DNA of 64,000 nucleotides from Veleropilina oligotropha (GCA_048128005.1 JBEUKZ010000029.1:62001-126000), one strand, 5' to 3'; positions 26,736 to 41,452 are shown, counted from the stretch's first letter. Notes: generated by a model from the sequence alone, not told the origin. Numbers and translations: made by a program.

Positions 26736-27234
26736 AAACGTTTATAATAATTTAAAAATATGATTTTAATAAACTACTTTCATTTTTAATAAACTACTTT
26801 CATTTTTAATTGTTGATTAAATAAATGCTCATAAAGTTCGCGATAGTTTCCTTTTTCTTTGCTGATATCAATATAATTTCATCTGGAGTAAGAATTGCAT
26901 ACCAAATTTGCACAATTTTTATTCTAAATAGCAAAATTAAAAATTGATCCCCTATTTTTATATTTGTAAATGTTCCCAGCGGCCATTTGGGTTATGTAGA
27001 TCATATATAATTCATCGTGTCCATTATCCCGATAATTAAATAACATTTTGAGCCCAATTCGAAGTTCGTGCAACGGAGCGTTTTAAAGCTGTAGCCGAAA
27101 ATGAAACGGAAATTTAAAAAATTGTAAATACTCCCAGCGGCCATTTTGGGTTATGTAGATCCTATATAATTCACCGTATCCATTATTTCGTGAATTAAAT
27201 AACATTTTGAGCCCTATTCGAAGTATGTGCGTGT

Positions 27235-28151
27235 TATTAAGGAATATTTCTGTATCTGCATGCGAATTAACATTGATTAAGTTTAGATTGAAGTCCCCAA
27301 CTGCAAAACAAATTTTCTTTTCAGTGTTTAGTTTGTTTGTTATTTCGTTAATCTTATCTATGAAATGTTCAGGGTTGTGATTTGGAGGTCTGTAAATGTA
27401 ACCTACGAACCTACGATTATGTTTCGCGTATTCACCTGTTTTATTTATATAAACAAAGTTTCCATGTCATCTTTTAGCATGCTTAGATCTTCTCTAATTG
27501 CATAGTCTAGTCTATATCTGTTTCTACATAAATCCCACTCCGCCGCCTCTCTTACTTTGTCTATTAATGCACAAAATATTACAACCATCGATCTTTTGAT
27601 AGTCTTGGTCACCATCAGATAACCAAGTTTCCGTTAGAGCGATAACGGATAATTTAGTGTTCAATTGCTTTAGATGTTGGTTGATTTTGTTGAAGTTGCA
27701 CTTTAAACTACGACAGTTTATGTGAATAATTTTGAAATCATTTTCCGGATTTGTGTTGCCCATAACTGTGCTGTATTCTTGTTCAATAATATAATTTGAT
27801 TGGATATTTGAAATGTTAGAATTGATATAGTTTTCATCAGGATCAATGTCGTCGTTGTTTAGGATTGATGCAGAGATCTTCGATGAATCTTGTGTTAGTG
27901 TTGGTAGGCCCACCAAGACTATTTTCAATTAAAGCAATGTGGAATTCATGGTCGGATTCAATTGAATTAAATGGATAAATATTTGATAAGCAAGAAGTAC
28001 ATGACCAGGTATTGACTTTGTGATTGCTTAAGATATAATCTAGTTCCTCTTTAGTAGTTTGGTTACATTTAGCATGAAAGATGGAATCACAGTACGTGCA
28101 TTTGATACATTTTTGTGTGTTTTTGCAAGGTTTTTTGCATGTTGGGCACAT
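27235..28151 (-). pseudogene. CR1-clade LINE ORF2 5' part: PHD finger + APE endonuclease, frameshifted and 3'-truncated
   Basis: PHD (CPTC...CTYCDSIFHAKC...WSCTSC), then HINCRSL, LTETWL, RGGGVG, YRPP and GDFN in shifting frames; RT absent. Confidence 0.85.
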
Positions 28152-28381
28152 AACATATATTGGAGATATTTAATGGCTGATGCTATTGTTTAAACGCATA
28201 CAGGTTTTTAAATTACGGATTTATTTTATATACCCCAAATATATTGTTCTAACTAAGCAATAAGGTTGATTAATTTTGAATATAGGAGACAATTTAGAAG
28301 AAGAATATCGTAAATGTGGGCTTGGTGGAGATCGGCCATTGAATATCCACATATTACAGATGATGCATAAGATATACACTG

Positions 28382-29330
28382 TTATTTCAACATATACCCG
28401 CATTCTCAACAGCGATTGGTCGAGACGCGTTTTTCGACGTCACGTGCCGTGAGGATAAATCTCCATACCGGACTCTCATACAGGACTCCGAGCAGTTACG
28501 GAAATAGCCGATGAATATATTTTTGTCGTCTGCGCTGTTTTTAAAACAAATCGATCAATAAAGAAATACAAAGATGATCTTACCAAAAATCACCGTTCCG
28601 ATACAGAACTTGAACCTGCGTTTATGTCCGAGTGCAAGGATAATCCGCTTTGTCCTATAAAATCCACATCGGGTCACGCATTCGCAATCGCTTCAACCGA
28701 AACAGCTGATTTTCACGTCCATGGGATTACGATGCAAGTTATGTTTGACGACTTTGAACACGTCTCTCCTCAACAAGTAAACACAGTCCCACAGTCTCTA
28801 ATATTCATTAACTGCATGATTAACTCATTGCATATTCATCACCATTGACAATTCGCATAAGTAATTTTGAATTTTGACACTTTGTTGTTACTTGAATTCA
28901 TCTTCTTGCTTGGATGCCACCAGCTGCGAACACTATTGTAAACATGCCTGATGTCACTCCCAAATTTATATCGAAATAAAATTAACTTTTATTACTAAAA
29001 TTTGTTGTTAATTATACACTTGTTACTCTGTTATTTAAATAAATTATTTTCAATTTTATAATTTCCCACGCCATTCTTGTCCTAATCCAAAAACTATTCA
29101 AATCTGTAACGATGTTCGGGGTATCGCAAAATCAAGTTCACCTATGGAATATATTACAATTTTGGGAGGAAATGTTGAAATAAATACGTTATCCTAACTC
29201 CTGGAGTCCGGCTCGGCTGGCATAGCGTTTACTGTGAGGATAAATAGCCATATCGGACGTTCCGGCTCGGCTGGCATAGCGTTTACTGTGATGATAAATA
29301 GCCATATCGGACTCCAGGAGTTAGGATAAC
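28382..29330 (-). mobile_element. Palindromic non-autonomous element in the CR1 inter-ORF region
   Basis: 23-bp IR GTTATCCTAACTCCTGGAGTCCG (29188-29210) / CGGACTCCAGGAGTTAGGATAAC (29308-29330) around a ~53-bp direct repeat; distal IR TTATTTCAACAT / ATGTTGAAATAA. Confidence 0.55.
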
Positions 29331-29970
29331 TTATAATAACTTCATTATTAATCTTTGTAATGTAATCATTGCCACCAGCTGACTGTGATCATTATCGTAG
29401 ATACGCTAGATATACTTTCCTTCTCGAAACATAATATGCAGGAATCAGTGATCTACAAATTCACAGTTTTATCATCTAACATTTAAATGATTCAATGTCA
29501 CAAAGGAAGAATGTAATAATAGTATTTAATGGGTACTTTACTTGGAATATCATAGTTAGTTATTTGAGAATCATTATAAAAAGTAGTGCTGATTGTGGCG
29601 TTGTCGGTGTATTAATGATACGATATACAAATATATGATACAATTACAAAATATATCAATATAGTCGGCGCAAAGTTTAAGCGTTGACTATTTATACAGG
29701 ACAATTGCACAAGTGAATGTTGCATAACTTTAAATTAAAATAATAAACGAATCTGTGTAATTTGTCAAGAATGCACCATAAACAGAAGGAATCCGTTGTT
29801 CTGGTTCAGTATATGATCACGTGACAATTATAGACTTCTAGATTTGATATAGCATATGCGTGAAGTTATTGCATAAAAGGAACATAATTGACCGAGTGTA
29901 GGTATGTATATTTTCAGAAATATATTGAAAGCAAAAACAATGTTTATTACTACGATAACTCAGAACTAGG

Positions 29971-30660
29971 TTATACACCTACGGTTAATGCGTGTGCATT
30001 ACCGGTGTCATGAATATGACCATTCTTCCAATCAACTGGGAACTCATTAGCCAGTTGATACAGTGTCTTGACCATTACCGGGTCGCTGTCAATGGACCTC
30101 TTATATAATATTTTCCCGTCGTATGTCCAAAAGCTAGTGATTTGCTTATTAAAGTATAAGTCCCGGAGCTTTAAAGTAATTCGAGCCCTGTATTTGGTGA
30201 GATCTTCCACAATGAAGATTCTGCCCGGTTGCAACTTTAAGGCTTTCTTTGCACGGTATATTTTGTCTTTGATTTTGTATGACGTAAACCTGCAGATAAT
30301 AGTGACTATGCCTTGGGCGTTCGGCTTTCCCAGTAAATGGGACCGATGGATGTCATCCCGTGAGATGAGTATATTTAGATGTGTTGTGCACAAATTCGCA
30401 ACATACCCATCATTATCGTAGATCGGTCTATCTCCTCTTGAGCGACGAGTCGGAATATTTGAAATATGAACGTTTTTAAACCGAAGCGCTTCCGTATACT
30501 GTATTTTTCGAGATCGTCTAAATACATTTCGGTTTTGTCCAAACGAATCGATTGCGTCGTTATAATGTTTCTTTGTTCTTCGATAGTCGATTTGAGTTCT
30601 CACACTTGCAGTATTAATCCATCATATTCTTTTCTATCATTTTTGTGGCAGTCAATCACT
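29971..30660 (-). pseudogene. CR1-clade LINE ORF1 (RRM-type), 5'-truncated/frameshifted
   Basis: DDIHRSHLLGK...IICRFTSYKIKDKIYRAKKALK...IFIVEDLTKYR...WTYDGKILYK; same strand as and upstream of the PHD-APE ORF. Confidence 0.8.
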
Positions 30661-30669
30661 GTGGATAGG

Positions 30670-30801
30670 GTGACCATATACCCGGGGAGCCAAGGGGGAG
30701 AGGTGACCATATACCCGGGGAGCCAAGGGGGAGAGGTGACCATATACCCGGGGAGCCAAGGGGGAGAGGTGACCATATACCCGGGGAGCCAAGGGGGAGA
30801 G
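30670..30801. repeat. 33-bp G-rich minisatellite, 4 copies
   Basis: GTGACCATATACCCGGGGAGCCAAGGGGGAGAG x4, head to tail, no spacers. Confidence 0.95.
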
Positions 30802-30890
30802 GTGGACACCGTCTGCTGTAAAAGGCTGATGTCATTTGTATGTCTTGACCTTTTTGTAAAAAAGGACAAGACATTATCAAATGACCCATG

Positions 30891-32101
<1,211 letters not shown>

Positions 32102-33808
32102 GGCAAAAATATGCATTTATTAAAGGCCCGAGTCGATTTCACTGGTTCCCCCAGTGGGGACCTGTCGAGGTTTTGGGCTCGGCACTGATTGGTCTGTTGA
32201 ACTGGCTAATGCAAACAACATCAGCGCAGAGGTGTGAGCGAATGATCCGCCCACCTAATTACAAACCTGAATATTGTTTAATTAATCTTTGTAAAACAAA
32301 CAACAAGCTTTCCGGAGTTGGGACGGTTTTCACCAGGTTTATCGAGTCGGACATTGTTGTACCATTATGCATTAAACCCCATGTATCAAGTGACGAAAAA
32401 GCGAACAGATGAATGAATTTACTTTTTACATAATTATATATTATATTATATATTACTACGTTTCTATCTGATAATGTACAAATTAATTAATGAAATTGAA
32501 TTAGAATAGCCCCTTTACGAAACTCCTACTGATTGCATTGGAATAACATGATGGAATCGAATATTCTGTCTAAGATATATGTGTGGTAATATTTTATAAC
32601 TTGGCCATTGTGGACGAGCTTTTCGAGATGGTATACGGACAACGCCCCCCCCCCCGTACAAAACACCCATGGGTCAAATGTTATGCAGGACAAAACTCTC
32701 ATGTTATATTTGTATAATTATACGTTCATTATGACTACTTAAAAATGAAATTATTAAACACGCAGTTACGGAAATACTTGTTTACTACCATTTATTATAT
32801 ACAAATATTGCATCTACATCACAAAAATAAATTAAAATTTAACGATATCTATCCAGGTCTATATTATATACAAATATTGCATCTACATCACATAAATAAA
32901 TTAATAATTAACGATATATATCCATGTCTATATTATATACAAATATTGCATCTACATCACATAAATAAATTAATAATTAACGATATCAGTCTATATTAAC
33001 ATCTTCACTTATACATTTGTCGAAATCCATGTCATTCTCATCATGATGGTTGGTCTCGGGGTCAGGGACAGTGAACAGAGAATAACATATTACAGACCAC
33101 AGTTCATCAACAAAGTGATAGGTTTTTGTTTTCAGAAAAATAAGCAATCAAATTGAATCTGGGCGTCATAATAGGATATTTTGATGTACTGTAACAACAT
33201 TTAACACTTTAAGTTGATGCTTATACATGAATTGAATGATTGCCTTGTATATATAGTACCATATAACAGCGAGATGATCCTTGTAGGACTAGTCCTATTT
33301 TCAAATCGCCACATTACAAATGATGATAATATCAGTCGAAGTTAAATAATATAGCTCTTAATTATGAATAATATTGTAAAGGAGAAGGATATGTAACTTT
33401 CGTCTAAATCGCCTTTCTTATAATTGGAATAAACCTGCAGAGAGTACACTACGACTAGTTTCCCTATGTGCTGAGCATATCGTTCGCAGAACATCAAGTT
33501 GTTGATTCTCAGGTTACATTTATGCCACATTACATCGGCGATATCAAAGATCGGCTATACAAACGACCGATACAAGGTGAGCAATTATAAATGTTCTATA
33601 TGAAAGTGACGATAATCCTGATCATTTTTGCGCGGCGAGAACCTTGATAACTGTTCAGGCATTTTTACAAAGGAATATTATAATCAGATTAACGTGCTGT
33701 CGAATAAAAACGACATCATCAATCATTATTAACATGATTACAACATGAGGTTACGGCTATATAAAGTGCACATCGAATGTGAGGATCCAGATGAGAATAT
33801 ACGAAATC

Positions 33809-34871
33809 ATGGACCAATCGAGCTCTCTTATGATTTTGGATGTCACCGATGAACAAAGGAATGCTATTGAAGAATTATTTAATCACAATGGTTGGGAACT
33901 GAATACTCACGGTAGGTGTACGATTATAATATAAGACATCATTAAATGCATACTTACGGTTGTATACATTGATTTGGTATGAGTTTCCTTATTACTATGA
34001 TAAATGCGAACAGCAATGCAATGATTTAGATGTATAAGTTTAGATATAACAGAGGATAAAATAATTACGAAAAAATATACACATTGATAGGCCTATTCTA
34101 AACTGAGTTTCACGCCACAATGAAGTGTTTTCTTATGATTTGCATTCTATTAATTTTTCCTATCTAACTAACAATTAATAATTACCAGATATATACTGAC
34201 AGACTGGGCACAGTATTACATTAGTGATATTGTTGTGTGCGTGACATGTTACAGTGTCAAAAATGTTAAACACAAACTAAACGTTGCAATTCTTAACGTC
34301 ACTCAATGATAAACATCATTAAATATAATACTTTCATAATTATTATGCATTTCATTTTTAATTATGCATTTCATTTTTAATTATGCATTTCATTTTTAAT
34401 TATGCAGAAAATAATAAACGACGACGTAATGCAATTTCGCGGAGATCGACACATTTACGTACATCAGGACACATTGAAACTGAAGTAATCACGAGATCTG
34501 TATCTTCGAGTGGAAATTCAACGGATACAAACACTCGATCTGACACTTTGACTGTAAATAAAGTGGATTGCAATGGATGCTTGTTGGATCCATGCGTCAT
34601 ACATCGGCCCAATAACTGGATTGGAAAAGGACAGAACGCGTGTTTGCGTAATCGTTTAATTCGCAAAGAAATGTACGGAAAGTTTTGGAAATGTTTGTCA
34701 AACCTAGGCGCGTGGAAAGATGAAAGATATTTGAACAGGAAGCAATGCACCGGTGGTGAGGAGGTTGTATACCATAAGAGGGAGATTATGCCAGAATGCG
34801 TTTTGAAGAGGGTTAGAGAACTGTATCCGAATCCAACCGGAGTGTGTTATATGGGTCATAAATGGATTTAA
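33809..34871 (+). CDS. KolX-like accessory protein (P2X7 C-terminal/Nanor-like Cys/His domain); join(33809..33911,34408..34871), 188 aa
   Basis: C-terminal CLLDPCVI...KREIMPECVLKRVRELYPNPTGVCYMGHK resembles the R-x2-LPxCV-x3-IR-x2-FP-x3-GxYxGF KolX motif; phase-1 GT donor at 33912 matches the AG acceptor at 34406-34407. Confidence 0.65.
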
Positions 34872-35330
34872 AAGTACAAAATAAAGATACCGAAAAGGAC
34901 AACTGTTTTAATGCAAATTCGTGTATTGCATCCATACTCATACAATGGACCAATGAAATGTCAACACATTTATTAATATACTAGTATGTTACATCACATT
35001 TTGTATTTACTGTATTATATTAAAATGATAGATTCCGTTCCCATATTTTAGTCGCATAGTAATATAGTGTATCATAACAGATAGACATTTCAAAGTGACA
35101 TTAATCTGAATAATTAAAGTATATATGTATATAGACATTTGAATGCGTTGACATAACCTTTTTCCTACCTGATATTATAACGGGATGTATCATAAGAAAT
35201 GCATTGGTGATACTCTTGGTTATATCACCATCAGATCTCAGCTACACCTCAATGTTATATCGATATCACACCTCAACAATATGCATATTATTTCCTATAT
35301 AAATAATGATTTCATATATAGCCGTTTGTG

Positions 35331-35405
<75 letters not shown>

Positions 35406-36388
35406 TATATATTGGTGCAACAATGTTTCTCTCAATAAATTATTGGTCTCGGTCTCGGGAAGCTTGTTGTCTTTTGCAAGGATTAATTACGTTACGTATA
35501 TCAGTAAGCGATGGTCGGTTTGGTAATGATGTATAGTGCCACAATGTCGGAGTCTATGTGGGTATAGCTTCGCAAATCCGGAAAGCTTGTTGTTTGTTAT
35601 ACAAGGATTATAGAAGCAATGTTCAGTTTTGTAATTAGGTGTATACATATACAATGAACTTTATAGCTCCTTATTGAAGCAACATGGCTACATATCTCAT
35701 CTTATAACTCTGTCTCGTTTTCTGTGTATATAATGTGTAATGTTTACCGCAATACGAAATAAATTGAATTGAACAATGATTGATGATGCCGTTTTTAATC
35801 GACAGCACGTTAATTATAATATTCCTTGTAAAAATGCGTGAAAACAGGACTAGTCCTATAAGGATCATCTCGTCGTTATATGGTACTGCATAATACCTTA
35901 TTCCAAACCCTTTGTATATTTAACAACTAACTTGACGTTATACAAATGTAAATTTTCCATTGTATCCTTTAATGCTTAGTCAAAGCAAACTTGATTAATT
36001 GATTGAGCTATTAATTATTGGTGAAAACTGGCATCACACCATCTTTGTTTGTGTTGTATAAGAAGAAACATAATGTTTTGATAATCGCGCGCATTGACGG
36101 TATGATTTCAAGAAAATGATTTCATTGCACTATATGCATACAAGCCTTTCTACAAGCCAATCATTCACTTCATGTATAAGCAACAAATTAAAGTGTCAAA
36201 TGTTGTTACAGTACACCAAAATATCCTATTATGACGCCCAGATTCAGTTTGATTGCATATTTGGTAAAGTAATACAATGTTTCTGCATAAAGTTTTGTGA
36301 ACAATGTCTTAGAAAAACAATCGTTTATCACCATATATAACGTATATAATTCGTACTGATAGCATCATTATTCACTCAGCTTGACAAT

Positions 36389-37582
36389 ATGACATCACCT
36401 TCTCCGTCGGATCAACTAACAGCTAGTACATCAACCATTATCCGAAGAAACAAAACGAAGCGATTAGCAGATGGTACTGTGAAAACGTATGCTTACAGCT
36501 GCAAGCAACAAATTAGAAAAACGATTGAATGCTCCTTTTCTACACTGACTGATAAAGGAAGATTCGATGCGAAATTGGAGAACGTGAGACAGAAAATAGG
36601 CAAAGATGTAAAGATCGCCAAGGTGATTGAGATCCTGATGGACAGTTATCTTTTAAAGAGAGACGCTCGCGTGAAGAACTTCACGACACCAGAAAGCGCC
36701 GTAGACCCTGTTTCAATTCAACCAGATGGATCTATAGAGTCGCCCGAATTTGCCTTATTCGAGATTTCACAAATTGACCACTTGATATCAAACCTGAGTG
36801 CTCATGTAAAATGTTGCGAAGAGACAATTTCCGTGGAATATCTTGTTAAACGAGGTCATGCAGTCAAAATGCATTACGGGTGCAGTGCTGGTCATCGTAT
36901 TATGTGTGAATCTTCTTCTAAGGTGGGAAATACATATATCGCAAACTACAGACTGTATCTTGGATATATATGCAGCGGCATGACGCAATCGCAATATTAC
37001 AAATTATGTAAGTTTTCCGGCATTGGACTCATACCAAAAGCAATGTATGCTCGTATGGTGATTACATTTGCTGCAGCTGTAGAACTTTTGAAAAAGCAAT
37101 CGATCCATGCTGCATTATCACAGGAACTTCAGAAGTCTCCAGAACATGGGATAGCAATTATGACGGATGCTCGTCACGCATGCCGTAAGAATTCATTTCA
37201 TTCAGATGTCGTCGCACTGGGACAAAAGAACCACAAAATCGTGGATATTCAGCATGTCACAAAGGAAGATGAAATAAGCAGCCAGAAACACGAAGCCGTT
37301 GGAACGAGTTTGATGTATTATCGTTTCAAGCATTTGAACATAAAAGTTTCCGAACATGCACATGACAGAAACACAAGTGTGAACAAAATTGTTAATTCAC
37401 AGAATGTTCACAATTCCAACGATAGGTGGCATGTCGCGAAGAGTCTTCAAAAGGGCTTGAAGGAAATCTGCAATGGACAACGCTACAAGGAAGGAGTCAC
37501 GTGGAGCATGCAGCTGATCGATAAACTGGCTAGTATAAAAAATCACTTTTATTGGGCGATGGACAACACAGACGGTGTATAA
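36389..37582 (+). pseudogene. Kolobok-type DDE transposase, C-terminally truncated
   Basis: IMTDARH (D1), SSQKHE..G, HAHDRN (D2), NDRWHVAK and a C/H cluster; the ORF stops where the right inverted end begins, before an obvious catalytic E region. Confidence 0.75.
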
Positions 37583-38860
37583 TATAGACCTGTATAGATA
37601 TCGTTAATTTTTAATTTATGCTTGTAATGTAGATGCAATATTTGTATATAATATAGACCTAGATAGATATCGTTAATGTTTAATGTATTTCTGTGATGTA
37701 GATGCAATATATGTATATAATAAATAGTAGTAAATAAGTAAATCCGTAATTGCGTTTTTACTATTTCATTTTTAAGTAGTCATAATGAACGTATAATTAT
37801 AAAAATAGAACATGGGGGTTTTATCATGTATAGCATTTGACCCATGGGTGTTTGGTACGGGGGGACGTTGTCCGCATACCATCTCGAAAAGCTCGTCCAC
37901 AATGGCCAGTTATGAAATATTACCACACATTATATATCTTAGACAGAATATTCGATTCCATCATGTCATTCCAATGCAATTAGTAGGAATTTAGTGTATG
38001 AGCTATTCAATTTCATTAATTATTTTCTACATAATCAGACAGAAACGTAGTAATAGATAATATAATATATAATTATGTAAAAATTAAAATCATTCATATG
38101 TTCGCTTTTTCGTCACTTGATACATGGGTGTGTAATGTATAATGGTGCACCAATGTCCGACTCGATAAACCTTGTGAAAACCTTCCCAACTCCGGAAAGC
38201 TTGTTGTTGGTTTAACAAGGATTAATGAAGCAATGTTCAGTTTTGTAGTTAGGTAGGCGGATCATTCGCTCACACCTCTGCTCTGATGTTGTTTGCATTA
38301 GCCAGTTCAACAGACCAATCAGTGCCGAGCCCAAAACCTCGACAGGTCCCCACTGGGGGAACCAGTGAAATCGACTCGGGCCCTTTAAGCACTTTTATGC
38401 AATTTGCTATATAACGTATGTCAACTATTTCAAGCAAATAACAATGACGTCATTACGACGTCGCTTTAGAATTAACGTCATTGGTGACGTCACAATCGAT
38501 GGGGGAGTAAGCCATGAAATACACTTAGCCATTGTAACGTTATAACTGTTCTGAAAATTTGACGGAAATAAAGAAAAGGTCAAGACATATTCCGAACGCA
38601 TCGTTATTGTTTCATTTACATACAGCCCATGGAATAATTTTAGGTTGGCCAGAGTGATTTATTATTTTACCGAAGCTGTAAAAAATGTCACCGGTCAAAT
38701 GGGAGTGTACTAGCAATAATACGATAATTTCATTAAACACGTGTTATAAACAATGGACACCATATTTATTATTATTAAGGACACATATAATTATCAAATG
38801 AAGCATTGATTTTCAATACATATTATGAAATATACCCCTGAATTGACTATATTGAATAAC

Positions 38861-39124
38861 AGGAGGAGGAGGAATGATGCTTAATGTCCTGTAAATTTAC
38901 AACATCGAGGTTCAAGGCAGGACATGTCCGTGTTATCGCGGGAGGAAACCCCGTTTGCCCGGGTAAACCCGCCCTCTTCGGCCAGTCACGGACAACTGTG
39001 ATTCATAACTTGAACAAATGTCAATGCCTCAGCCAGGTGTTGAACCCACCACTGTTCGCATTAGCGGAATCAAGCCAGTGAATTTAGAGTGGACACTCTT
39101 GCCCACTGCGCTGCAGAAGCGGCC
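38861..39124 (-). mobile_element. tRNA-derived SINE
   Basis: Minus strand starts GGCCGCTTCTGCAGCGCAGTGG (A box-like), has B box GGTTCAACACC, core GGGGTTTCCTCCC and a (TCC)n tail. Confidence 0.65.
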
Positions 39125-40306
39125 TTGGATAACAGTATTCAGAGCATACTTTATTAAACCAAAATTGATGACACCAATACATATCGATAGGACAGCGTAG
39201 TTTTGTCCACTCCCATTGAACAAACAGGCAAGCGCATGGTTTAGTTATAATGTCATGTTTGTTGCTTGGCAGGTCAAACTAACGAATCCGTTGATCTGAA
39301 AGTCTATTTAGACGATACTTCATTGCGAATCTTTTGTTATAAAACTGTGTCTATCCTGGATATTCACTTTTAGCGTTGTATATGCCAACAATGCACTTCT
39401 GTTCACACTTCGTTTATTAAAGGATTTGTGAACAGAAACTCATAATATAGGCGAAATTTCACTATACGGCATATTCCTATCATATTATTTGTTGTCTTTC
39501 ACGAGTGTCCGTGTTTGTTGTAAGCTGACTTGGCGAAATCAATCAGCTCAAGAATAGTCATATTTCCAGGTCAGGGGTCGAATTTGACGTCGCAATGGAC
39601 AGGCCACTCGGAATCTTTTCAATTCGATGGCAACATCATTGTCCGCAAATTGGTTACTCAACAGGAACAATAGCATTAGGACTCGTGGGTCTAGTGTGCC
39701 GTCCCCTAATAAGTGTTAGGGAAAGTTTGGGGTGACTTGCTAAGGATCTTTTGTATCCATGTTTTGATAATATAAATCATGGCGATACTAATAAGAGAAT
39801 AAATAAATATAAGATAGAATTATTATCAGCCAGAATATATTACGTGTTCACAACTCCTTTAACTAAGACATGGACAATGAAATGTTATAATTTTCATCAG
39901 GCGGCTGCGTTGCTCAGATCTCGTCTTTGGCACCTCCCATTGTTGTGTAGTCAAGCATATCGAGAAGAGAACAATACCCGTTATAAACAAAGTTGATTTG
40001 AAGTAGGACAGCACATAGAGATGTAATTAAGATTTAACATTAAATTTTACCGGTTTAAAATATGTGTATTTACGGTGCATTTTAAGAATATTTTAGGCAA
40101 TAATTTTATATTATATCATGCAAAATAATAATACAATTCATGAACACTTTATATTATAAATATACGTTTAATGAAAATTTGCAGAGCATGACATGAAAAC
40201 ATGAACAGATCAAGGGGGGGGGGGCGGTCGGGTTCCGGACACTCACTAATTTTTACCAATCACCAATTTGATGAAATATCACGTTTTGCACTGTCATAAC
40301 GCAGGA

Positions 40307-40601
40307 AGCAGCAGGGGGGGTGACCATACCTTTTATGTGGGGGCGCGTCGAGGGAAATTAAGGCTCCCAGCACCTTTTCAGAATTAATATGGATCTCAAC
40401 TCAGCAGCAGGGGGGGTCAGTAGACTTTTTAGAATGGGAAAATAAGGCTGTCAGCACCATTTCAGAACCGAGCTGGTATTACTGTGGGGGACTAGGGAGT
40501 TAGGGTGGGGCCCAGGGGCCCGGGGGTGGGGGCTCCCAGCACCCTTTCAGACCCGAGGGTAGGGATTGTATTACAAAAAGTCACTGTGTGTACCGAGCAG
40601 G
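40307..40601 (+). repeat. Left TIR of the Polinton-like element
   Basis: Reverse complement of 55819-56113 with about 5 mismatches counted by eye. Confidence 0.95.
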
Positions 40602-40842
40602 TAGCTTATGATAGTCTATGTGTCAATGGTGTATTCATAGCCCGTGGCTGACCTAGTGCCCCCGATGAGTCGACAAGATTTCGGTCCCCATGTTTACGTC
40701 GAAGCTTTTGGTGACCCAGTGAAAAATGTTTGGTGACCAAAATCATTTTTTTACTAGGTCACTAAAAGCTAAATCCGTATCAAACGCTATGCTGTACTGG
40801 ATAGTCAACCATAGACAGCCGGCCGGCCATTGATACATGCAC

Positions 40843-40986
40843 TGCGAGGTATTTCATTCATAAATCGGACAATGGATCGGCCTGAAAAGTATGCGATTCG
40901 CTTAATACTACACACGACATAATAGGCATTCAGCTGCGAACAATATCTATTGATGCGAGGTATTTCATTCATAAATCGGACAATGG
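40843..40986. repeat. 33-bp direct repeat pair in the left subterminal region
   Basis: TGCGAGGTATTTCATTCATAAATCGGACAATGG at 40843-40875 and 40954-40986. Confidence 0.9.
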
Positions 40987-41029
40987 GTCGACGACAGCGA
41001 CCTGAAAAATGTAGAAGGTCACAGCTGTT

Positions 41030-41452
41030 TTATATGAATATATAGTTACCGCTTGCTAGAGTGAAATTACAGGGTGAGATGTGCCCGATTTTTCTCCACA
41101 CACCGAAGCAGCCAGATAGCATGGTGTAATACTCCCCATTTTTGCCAGGACATAAGGAGGGGGTCGAACACTGGACACATGTGACAGTATCTGGGGGTGT
41201 GGCAGGGCTACAGTCATTCTCTCCGATAATAAAATAGTGGCACGAGGGTGGGGAGACATCAGGGGTGGGGGCTCCCGGGCGAAGAAGCAAGTTTCTACGC
41301 AAGGGGTCAAATCGGGCGTTATACCTGGGATGATTTCGGTACCTAGCCCACGTATGTTCGAGAATTAATGCAGTGTCGTGTCTCGACGCCTGGGTAGAAA
41401 CACCCCCTAGCCAGCACACCGCGGCAATGCACAGAATTAGTATGGATTTCAT
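41030..41452 (-). CDS. Secreted cysteine-rich viral accessory protein (140 aa)
   Basis: Signal-peptide-like MKSILILCIAAVCWLGGVSTQA; 7 Cys in the C-terminal half; TATTAAA upstream of the ATG. Confidence 0.7.
   Translation of the reverse strand: MKSILILCIAAVCWLGGVSTQASRHDTALILEHTWARYRNHPRYNARFDPLRRNLLLRPGAPTPDVSPPSCHYFIIGENDCSPATPPDTVTCVQCSTPSLCPGKNGEYYTMLSGCFGVWRKIGHISPCNFTLASGNYIFI

Larger units (their letters stand above)
32124..38384. mobile_element. Kolobok-type DNA transposon with very long inverted ends
   Basis: TTAA TSD (32120-32123, 38385-38388); termini AGG...CCT; outer ~130 bp nearly perfect IR, with inverted similarity extending ~800-870 bp. Confidence 0.85.

Noticed and set aside
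30670..30801. CRISPR-like 33-bp repeats
   Set aside because: No spacers, no cas genes, eukaryotic context.
41030..41452. IL-17-like cystine-knot assignment
   Set aside because: Cys spacing only loosely similar and the terminal CxC is missing; left as an unknown secreted protein.
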